This document shows positions 57,076-64,000 of a stretch of 64,000 bases of DNA, piece after piece (the stretch's first letter is position 1; every line of letters starts with the position of its first letter). The notes beneath the pieces were generated by a model. The model saw only the letters and a program-made list of their open reading frames with translations. It was not told where the DNA came from and made no database searches. The DNA comes from an uncultured Chloroflexia bacterium (GTDB taxonomy: Bacteria > Chloroflexota > Limnocylindria > Limnocylindrales > CSP1-4). Position numbers and translations under genes: made by a program. The stretch is from positions 14,420 through 78,419 of the forward strand of contig CAVYZQ010000001.1 in NCBI GenBank assembly GCA_963772995.1, in the 5' to 3' direction.

Positions 57076-57348
57076 GTGGGACTCCTCAATATCGCCCTGT
57101 GGGTCGCCGGCGCGGCGCTCATCGCGATCGGCTACTCCCGTGGTCGCGGGCCCTACGCGCGCTACCAGGCGCTCAAGTCCCAGGACGCCAACGTCGCGCG
57201 CTACGAGGCGTGGCGCGGCGGCATCCGCGACGACAGCAAGACCGGCGCGTCGGTGGCGATGGCGGTCCTGCGCCGCCAGACGCAGATCGCGGCCGGCATC
57301 GCGATCGCCGGGGTCGTGCTGGTCTTCCTCGGGTTCTTGATTCGCTGA
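57076..57348 (+). CDS. Small two-TM membrane protein
   Basis: GGAGGA SD, then GTG. LLNIALWVAGAALIAIGY ... IAAGIAIAGVVLVFLGFLI. Confidence 0.55.
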   Translation: MGLLNIALWVAGAALIAIGYSRGRGPYARYQALKSQDANVARYEAWRGGIRDDSKTGASVAMAVLRRQTQIAAGIAIAGVVLVFLGFLIR

Positions 57349-57659
57349 GGCGACGCCTCGGCCCGGCTGCACGCCGCTTCAAGCTCCGAACCGCCGTTGC
57401 ACGAGATGCACGCATGGTCGCGCCGGACTGCCCTCTCGGGTCATCCCTGCATCCGGCTTGCGATCGAGGAAAGGATCCGACATGGACGCGGGGTGGATCA
57501 GGCGCAGGGTGCTCGATCCGTACGTCTGGCGCAACGGCTGCTCCGGATCCGGCGCCATCGGCGACGGTAGGTGCATTCCACGCAATGGCGGCCCGGCATC
57601 TTGCGCCGAACGCACGTAGACGACCTCGTGGGCCGCGCGATCAGCGGCCCCGCCGGCGA

Positions 57660-58097
57660 TCAGCGGCCCGCCGCGCCCCGGTCACGCACCCGACGCCATT
57701 CGATAGCGGTGCAGCGGTCCATGACCACCTCGAGACCGGCGTCGTGGGCGATCCGCGCCGCCTCCCAGTTCACGACCCCGAGCTGCAGCCACAGGCACCG
57801 TGCGCCCGCCGCCACGGCCTCGCGGGCATGCGGTACGCACAGCTCGGAGCGCCGGAAGACGTCGATCATGTCGAACGGTCCGCTCGCCGCGACGGCCTCG
57901 GCCACGGTCCGGAAGGCGGGCACGCCAAGCACGTGACGGACGTTCGGATTGACCGGCACGCACTCGAAACCCTGGTGGAGCAGGAAGCGGAAGACGCCGA
58001 ACGACGGCCGATACTGGTCGTCCGAGGCGCCCACGACCGCGATCCGGCGTGTCGCCGCGAGCACCCGCGCGACGCCGGCGTCGTCGAGCACGGGCAC
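57660..58097 (-). CDS. CoA-binding domain protein (YccU/YneT-like)
   Basis: RRIAVVGASDDQYRPSFGVFRFLLHQGFECVPVNP, IDVFRRSE, LWLQLG. GTG start chosen at 58097; start uncertain. Confidence 0.7.
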   Translation of the reverse strand: MPVLDDAGVARVLAATRRIAVVGASDDQYRPSFGVFRFLLHQGFECVPVNPNVRHVLGVPAFRTVAEAVAASGPFDMIDVFRRSELCVPHAREAVAAGARCLWLQLGVVNWEAARIAHDAGLEVVMDRCTAIEWRRVRDRGAAGR

Positions 58098-58156
58098 CGG
58101 TCCGCGACCCTCCTCGAGGTCCGCGAAGGCGGCGGCGCGGTCGCGCTCCTCGCGCG

Positions 58157-59233
58157 TCAGGTGGCCGCCTCGCGCTCGTACGGCTGGCCGTCGGCGGCCG
58201 GCGGGATGCTCCGCCCGACGAACCCCGCGAGGACGATGATCGTCACGATGTAGGGCAGCGCGTCGAAGAACTGGCCGGGGATCTGTGACAGAGTCGACCC
58301 GAGGTCGCCGGTCGGTGGCGCGAACTTGATGATCTGCCCGAGTGCCAGCGTCGAGGAGAACAACAGCGCGGCCCCGAATGCGCCGATCGGAGTCCAGCGC
58401 CCGACGATCATCGCTGCCAGGCCGATGAACCCTCGGCCCCCGGTCATCCCGGCCTGGAACGAGTTGCTCGCCTCCATGCTCATGTAGGCGCCCGCGAGGC
58501 CGGCCAGTGCCCCGCCGTACAGGACGTTCTGGTAGCGCAGCCGGATAACGTCGATGCCGACGGTCTCGGCCGCCTTCGGGTGCTCGCCGACGGCCCGGGA
58601 ACGGAGTCCCCAGCGCGACCGGAAGAGCCAGATCTGGAAGCCGATGACGATGACGATGAGCGAGATGCCGATCGGGCCCTGATTCAGGAACATGTTGAGC
58701 AGCCAGCCGATGACCGGGAGCTCGACCAGCGCCTTCGGCGGCAGGAACGCGTCGAAGTTGCCGGCGCCCGTCGGCGACGAGCTCGACACGATCGTGTACA
58801 GATAGGCCGTGAGGCCGCCCGCGGCGATGTTGATGATCGTGCCGCTGATGATCTGGTCGGCCCTCACCGAGATGCTCAGCCACGCGTGAAGGAGGGACAC
58901 GCCGACGGCCGCGCCCACCGCGATCAGGAAGGATATGACGAGCGCCGGGGTGATCCCGAAGAAGGCCGACGGATCCGCTGGGATCATCGGGGCCAACACG
59001 ATGCCGGCCAGCCATCCCACGAAGGCCGCCGTCAGCATCATTCCCTCGATGCCGATGTTCACGACGCCCGATCGTTCGCACATCACGCCGCAGAGGGCGG
59101 CGAGCGCGATCGGGACTGCGGACTGGAGGATGATCGCCGCGTTGGGCGGCAGGACGTCGATGAGGTACCCGGCGAGCTCGAAGACGATGCCCAAGACCGG
59201 CAACGCGTAGAGCTGGCTGATGAGCTGGTCCAT
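58157..59233 (-). CDS. ABC transporter permease (BMP/nucleoside uptake family)
   Basis: Intact 358-aa polytopic ORF. MCERSGVVNIGIEGMML, GEHPKAAETVGI. Confidence 0.9.
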   Translation of the reverse strand: MDQLISQLYALPVLGIVFELAGYLIDVLPPNAAIILQSAVPIALAALCGVMCERSGVVNIGIEGMMLTAAFVGWLAGIVLAPMIPADPSAFFGITPALVISFLIAVGAAVGVSLLHAWLSISVRADQIISGTIINIAAGGLTAYLYTIVSSSSPTGAGNFDAFLPPKALVELPVIGWLLNMFLNQGPIGISLIVIVIGFQIWLFRSRWGLRSRAVGEHPKAAETVGIDVIRLRYQNVLYGGALAGLAGAYMSMEASNSFQAGMTGGRGFIGLAAMIVGRWTPIGAFGAALLFSSTLALGQIIKFAPPTGDLGSTLSQIPGQFFDALPYIVTIIVLAGFVGRSIPPAADGQPYEREAAT

Positions 59234-60330
59234 CAGGTGGTCACCTCGCGCCCGTAGGAGCGGGTGATCGTGTCGGTGCTTCCGAGGCCGCCGCTGACAC
59301 CCCGCAGCCTGAAGACCCTCGAGAGCACTGGACCGGTGACCAGGAAGAGCAGGATCGTTGCCTGCAGGACGTCGATGAGCTCCGGCGGGAGCCCGGCGTT
59401 GATCTGCATCAGCCCGGCGCCGGCCCGCATCGCTCCGAACAGGAGGCCCGACAAGATGATCCCGTACGGGCTCGACCGCGCGAGCAGGGCGACCGCGATC
59501 GCGTCAAAGCCGACCGTGGTCCCGAAGCTGCTGGTCATCGTGTGGGTCACGCCGAGTACCACGATGGTCCCGGCAAGGCCGGCCAGCAGGCCGCACAGCG
59601 ACATCGTGAGCACGATCAGGGTTCGGGGACGCATCCCCGCGTAGCGCGCGGCGTCCGGGTTGGCGCCCACCGTCCGGATCTCGAAGCCGAGCGTGGTGCG
59701 GAACAGCAGCCACGAAACGACCACCGTCATCGCAAAGGCGATGACGATCCCGAGGTGTCCCGTGTCGCCGAAGACGATCGGCAGCGCGGCGTTTCCGACG
59801 GACAGGGTGATCGGCGACGGAGAGCCCGGGACCTTGAGGGGCCCGCTGACAGCCCAGGCGAGGATGCTGATCGCGACGTAGTTGAGCATGATCGTCGTGA
59901 CGACCTCGTGGGCGCCGGAGATAGCCTTCAGGATGCCTGGGATGAACCCCCAGAACGCCCCGAAGACGAGTCCTGCGGCCATCGCGACCGGGATCGCGAA
60001 GATCGGCGGCTGGTCCGCGACGATGACGCCCATCCAGACAGCGCCGAGGGCGCCCATGAGGAACTGGCCCCCCGCGCCGATGTTGAAGAGCCCGGCCTTG
60101 AACCCGAGTGCGACCGACAGGCCGGCGAGGATGAGAGGCGTGGACTGGACCAGCGTCTGGACGATGGCGCTCAGGCTGCCGATCGAGCCCTCGATGAGCG
60201 ATCGATAGGCGACGAGCGGCAGTGCCCAGTCGAACTCGTGGTTCGGGAGGAGCAGTTCCGAGAACCAGATCACGAACGCGCCGACCACCATCGAGAGCAG
60301 GATCGAGATCAGCGGGCAGACCCGCGACAC
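59233..60330 (-). CDS. ABC transporter permease (BMP/nucleoside uptake family)
   Basis: Intact 365-aa polytopic ORF. FKAGLFNIGAGGQFLMG, VGANPDAARYAGM. The stop abuts the downstream permease start. Confidence 0.9.
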   Translation of the reverse strand: MSRVCPLISILLSMVVGAFVIWFSELLLPNHEFDWALPLVAYRSLIEGSIGSLSAIVQTLVQSTPLILAGLSVALGFKAGLFNIGAGGQFLMGALGAVWMGVIVADQPPIFAIPVAMAAGLVFGAFWGFIPGILKAISGAHEVVTTIMLNYVAISILAWAVSGPLKVPGSPSPITLSVGNAALPIVFGDTGHLGIVIAFAMTVVVSWLLFRTTLGFEIRTVGANPDAARYAGMRPRTLIVLTMSLCGLLAGLAGTIVVLGVTHTMTSSFGTTVGFDAIAVALLARSSPYGIILSGLLFGAMRAGAGLMQINAGLPPELIDVLQATILLFLVTGPVLSRVFRLRGVSGGLGSTDTITRSYGREVTT

Positions 60331-60381
60331 GCCAGATCCGGGCTGGGATGCTCCGTCCGCGGGTGGGCGCCGTCGTTGCGC

Positions 60382-61953
60382 TCACGCGACGCCGTCCGTC
60401 ATCTCGGCGGCCTCGGACGGCCGCCCACCGGTCGCCATGAGGAGCCCGACCTCGTTCTTGTCCGCCGAGCGGCCGTCCACCGTGGCGACGATCCGGCCGC
60501 GGTACATGACGGCGATCCGGTCCGACAGTTCGAGCACCTCGTCGAGCTCCGCGGACACGAGCAGGATGGCTGTGCCTTCGTCGCGCATCCGGATCGCCTG
60601 GCGATGGATGAACTCGATGCTCCCGACGTCGAGGCCGCGCGTCGGCTGGTCGAGGATGAGGAGTTTCAGTCGCCGGTCGAACTCACGCGCCACGACGAGC
60701 TTCTGCTGGTTGCCACCCGATAGCGTGCCCGCGCCGACGGTGGCCGACGGCGTCCGGACGTCGTACTTGGCGATGCCCTCTTCGGCCGCTTTCTCGATCG
60801 CGCCGAAGTCCCGCAGGATGCCGCGCGCGAACGGCGCACGGTAGTAGCGCGTCAGAACGATGTTGTCTGCGAGCGAGAAGGGGAGAACGAGCCCGAACCG
60901 ATGTCGATCCGCGGGTACGTACGCGACGCCCGCCTCGTTCATCTCGCGTGTCGTGGCGGATGTGACGTCCTTGCCCACCAGCTCGATGCGACCGCCGGTC
61001 GGCTTGCGTAGCCCGATGACGGCCTCCACGAGCTCGTCCTGGCCGTTCCCCGCGACGCCCGCAATGCCGAGGATCTCGCCGGCCCTCACCTCGAGGTCGA
61101 CCGACCGGACGGCCGGATTGCCCCGGTCGTCGGCCACGTCCAGGCCGGAAACCTTGAGCGTCGTCGCGGCCGGGTGCGACTCGCCGCGGTCCACCGTGAG
61201 CTCCACCGAGCGGCCAACCATCAGTTCGGCGAGGTCGGCCTCGTTCGTCTCGGATGGGATCCGCTCGCCGACCACCTTGCCCCGCCGGATGACGGTGATC
61301 CGGTCGGCGATCTCGAGGACCTCGTAGAGCTTGTGGCTGATGAACACGATGCTGTGGCCCTGTTCGGCGAGGCGGCGCAGGACGCCGAAGATCTCCTCGG
61401 TCTCCTGGGGCGTCAGGACCGCGGTCGGCTCGTCGAGGACGAGGATCTTGGCATTGCGGTAGAGGACCTTGAGGATCTCGACCCGCTGCTGCCAGCCGAC
61501 CGACAGCGAACCGACCTTGGCGTCGGGATCGATCTCGAAGCCGAATCGCCGGCCCAGCTCGCGGATGCGCTTCGCGGCCTCCTGGCGGTCGAGGAATATC
61601 GGGTTTGCCATCGTCTCCGCGCCGAGCAGGATGTTCTCGGCGACGGTGAAGACCGGGACCAGCATGAAGTGCTGGTGGACCATGTTGATGCCACGCGAGA
61701 TGGCGTCTGACGGGCCCGAGATGGTGACGGGGTCGCCGTCGAGCAGGATCTCGCCTTCGTTGGGCGTGGCCAGCCCGTACAGGATGTTCATGAGGGTCGT
61801 CTTCCCGGCGCCGTTCTCCCCGAGAAGCGCGTGGATCTCGCCGGGACGGACGTCGAGATCGATGCCGTCGTTGGCGACGACACCCGGGTATCGCTTGGTG
61901 ATGCCGCGCATCTCGAGGGCTGGTGCGTGAACGACTTCGGCCCCGGAGGTCAT
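60382..61953 (-). CDS. ABC transporter ATP-binding protein with duplicated NBD
   Basis: GENGAGKTT Walker A, LSVGWQQRVEI signature, LVLDEPT Walker B. The second NBD has LSGGNQQK and LILDQPTRGLD. Confidence 0.9.
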   Translation of the reverse strand: MTSGAEVVHAPALEMRGITKRYPGVVANDGIDLDVRPGEIHALLGENGAGKTTLMNILYGLATPNEGEILLDGDPVTISGPSDAISRGINMVHQHFMLVPVFTVAENILLGAETMANPIFLDRQEAAKRIRELGRRFGFEIDPDAKVGSLSVGWQQRVEILKVLYRNAKILVLDEPTAVLTPQETEEIFGVLRRLAEQGHSIVFISHKLYEVLEIADRITVIRRGKVVGERIPSETNEADLAELMVGRSVELTVDRGESHPAATTLKVSGLDVADDRGNPAVRSVDLEVRAGEILGIAGVAGNGQDELVEAVIGLRKPTGGRIELVGKDVTSATTREMNEAGVAYVPADRHRFGLVLPFSLADNIVLTRYYRAPFARGILRDFGAIEKAAEEGIAKYDVRTPSATVGAGTLSGGNQQKLVVAREFDRRLKLLILDQPTRGLDVGSIEFIHRQAIRMRDEGTAILLVSAELDEVLELSDRIAVMYRGRIVATVDGRSADKNEVGLLMATGGRPSEAAEMTDGVA

Positions 61954-62043
61954 CGGCGGTGCGACCCCTCAGATACAGGGATTCGATGAGCGGGCCGTCC
62001 GCGTCGCGTCCGGCCCGCTCGAGATGTCACACGGTGGCGGTGC

Positions 62044-63286
62044 TCACTGGACTGGGAGCGCTCCACACTTGGCGGTGCAGGTCTTGAGCGTTCCGGCGAC
62101 CATCGCCGCCATCGCGTCATCGACCTTCTTCTGGATGTCGGGGGTGATCTGTGCGGCAAGGTCATGGCCCGGCGAGACGCCGATGCCCTGGGTCTTCGCG
62201 TCGAACAGGATGTCGCCTGCCAGCTTCTGGCCCGCGGCGAGCTCCTGGATCACGGTCCCTGTCGCGATCTGGAGATGCTTCTCGGCGCTGGTGATCGTGC
62301 ACTTCGCGGCGTTCGGATAGGACAGCGCCTGGTCGACGTCGACGCCGACGCCGAGGATGGTGGCGTCACAGGCGGAATCGAGGATGCCGTTGCCGGTCTT
62401 GCCGGCGACCTGGAACAGGACGTCGACCTTGTTGGTGGTGATGAAGCCCGCGCCGTACTTCTTGCCGCCGACCGGGTCGTTGAACGCGGCGTTGGAGAAG
62501 TCGTCGGTCACGAAGGCGGTCTTGACGACGATCTTCGGGTTGATCGATTGGGCGCCGAGCACGTAGCCCTGCATGTAGCGGATGCACGGAGCGCACAGCG
62601 AGGTGCCGCCGATGGCGCCGATCGTCCCGTTCTTGCTGACGGACGCGGCGATGATCCCGGCCAGGTAGCCGGCCTGGTCCTCCTGGAACCAGATCGAGAT
62701 GTAGTTCGGGTCGAGGGTCTTGGCGTCGCCCTTGCAGGCGAACTTCGGATCGGGCGCGCCTGTCGGGTCGACGCAGATCGGTGACTGGTCGATCGCCGAT
62801 GAACGTGATCTTCGGGTTGGCGTGGGCCGCGGCGGTCGTCGCGGCGCCGAGATTGAAGCCGACGGTGACGATCATGTTGAAGCCCTGGTCGACGTACGCC
62901 TGGATCTTCGAGGCGTACTCCGACGCGTCCTTCGGCACGACGGCCGGCGGGTTGGCGGCGCCGATCGCGGCGGCTCCGGCCTGAACGCCCTTGTACGTGT
63001 ACTCGTTGTAGTTCTTGTCGTCGAGGGTGCCGATGTCGGTGACGACGCCGATCTTGAGATCGGACTTCGGCGCCTCCGATGCGGCGGCCGACGCCGCCGC
63101 CGACGCCGACGCCGCCGCGGACGGCGAGGCGGCGACGGACGCCGCAGCCGACGGTGCCGCAGCCGAGGCGGCAGCCGACGCCGCCGCCGACGCGGCCGCC
63201 GACGGCGACGAGCCGCCGCTGCTACAGGCCGCGACGAAGATGGACAGCCCTGCGACCAGGGTCAGCCCGAATGAGCGGGTTCGCAT
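62044..63286 (-). CDS. BMP-family (PnrA/Med-like) substrate-binding lipoprotein (one apparent frameshift near 62795)
   Basis: GGAGGA SD. MRTRSFGLTLVAGLSIFVAAC lipobox, about 50-aa Ala/Ser linker. KIGVVTDIGTLDDKNYNE, GFNMIVTVGF, GYLAGIIAA, GVGVDVDQ. Confidence 0.85.
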
Positions 63287-63523
63287 GGTTCCTCCTCTAG
63301 TCTCGCGGTCCGTGCGTCCACGGCGGGCAGCTACCCAGGGATCGCGGGGGACCGGCGCATCGGCGGCTCATGGAGCCGACCGTTGCATGCATCCTAACTA
63401 GCCCGTGTCGTGCGCGGCAAGCGCGGACGCTCGTGGCTCGCCGCCAGCATAGGGCCTCGTCGATCGACCGTCGTCCGTCCGTCCGGGCCGAGCGGCGCCA
63501 GGCGCCTCTGCTACGCTCCGGCG

Positions 63524-64000
63524 ATGACGAGTCCCGCGACCGTCCGCCCGTCCGACGTCGGCTTCCGGCCCCATGATCCGGAGTTCATCGCGGACCCGTA
63601 TCCGGCCTACCGGCGCCTGCGGGACGAGCATCCCATGCTCTGGAACGACGAGACGCGGCAGTGGGTGGTCTCGCGCCACGAGGACGTCAACCGTCTGCTG
63701 CGCGACAGGCGCCTGGGCCGGACGTATCTCCACGTGGCCACGCACGCCGACTTCGGGCAGGCCGGAGCCGCCCGCCTGGCACGCCCCGTTCCACGAGCTC
63801 AACGACGCCGGGATGCTCGACCTCGAGCCGCCCGACCACACCCGCCTGCGACGACTCGTCAGCCGGGCGTTCACTCCCCGGACGGTGGAGGCGCTCCGAC
63901 CGAGGGTCGAGGCGATCGTCGACGGCCTCATCGACGACTTCGGCGGGCGCGGCGAGGTGGACCTGATCGCCGATTACGCCGAGCCACTGCCGGTGACGGT
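63524..64000 (+). CDS. Cytochrome P450, 5' part (runs off the right edge; apparent frameshift near 63775)
   Basis: FIADPYPAYRRLRDEHPMLWNDETRQWVVSRHEDV, then in the next frame LDLEPPDHTRLRRLVSRAFTP. Confidence 0.7.
   Translation, partial: MTSPATVRPSDVGFRPHDPEFIADPYPAYRRLRDEHPMLWNDETRQWVVSRHEDVNRLLRDRRLGRTYLHVATHADFGQAGAARLARPVPRAQRRRDARPRAARPHPPATTRQPGVHSPDGGGAPTEGRGDRRRPHRRLRRARRGGPDRRLRRATAGDG

Noticed and set aside
57466-57474. RNase P RNA-like GAGGAAAGG
   Set aside because: The following bases (ATCCGACA) do not match the conserved GUCCGGGCUC. None of the other universally conserved RNase P blocks are present in the 310-nt spacer.
57379-57615. 78-aa minus-strand ORF in the spacer after the small membrane protein
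   Set aside because: It has no SD or leaderless-type promoter and no recognisable motif. Its composition is typical of random GC-rich ORFs.

Overview
Very GC-rich bacterial chromosomal segment; I did not compute the GC value. Gene content looks like Actinomycetota or Chloroflexota, but the taxon cannot be fixed from this window. Most of it is housekeeping.

Gene layout:
- Left part (0-9.3 kb): nadE, rsmI, a Ca2+/H+ antiporter, ssb, an MFS transporter, a GNAT, and an intact GGDEF + HD-GYP c-di-GMP protein.
- Centre (9.8-23.1 kb): a translationally coupled de novo purine cluster, purA-purD-purB-purC-purS-purQ-purL-purF-purM-purN-purH. It is followed by a HAL/PAL-family enzyme with an altered MIO triad, two MFS transporters, an ArsR-type regulator and a DUF1269 protein.
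- 29.4-35 kb: metG-tatD, a lipoprotein, then groES-groEL behind a sigma-A-type promoter and a perfect CIRCE operator.
- 35-40.8 kb: a small accessory-looking stretch with a BNR/sialidase gene fragment, a lower-GC secreted protein, a GH78 rhamnosidase and an enolase-superfamily enzyme.
- 40.9-57.3 kb: an LprG-like lipoprotein, pcrA, ligA, a DinB-like protein, a zinc-ribbon protein, a GNAT and a histidine phosphatase. gatC-gatA follow, separated from gatB by vapBC, an SRPBCC protein and an aminotransferase.
- Right end (57.7-64 kb): a CoA-binding protein, a BMP-family (nucleoside-type) ABC importer and the 5' part of a cytochrome P450.

I found no rRNA, tRNA, CRISPR array, transposase or integrase.

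Main caveat: about 35 places where recognisable protein sequence jumps to another frame. They are clustered and hit essential genes. At the sites I resolved to the base, they sit in G- or C-runs that are off by one, so I read them as consensus indel errors rather than biology. For such genes the coordinates give the outer span.

The less ordinary signals are:
- a family of GC-rich repeat blocks confined to the purine cluster, in tandem in a long purA leader and filling the purL-purF spacer as a long hairpin;
- other intergenic hairpin or tandem repeats;
- a recurrent leaderless-promoter architecture;
- two enzymes with atypical catalytic signatures: the HAL-like enzyme reads ASD instead of ASG, and MetRS reads GVHT instead of HxGH.

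I cannot point to a clear novel multi-gene system in this window.
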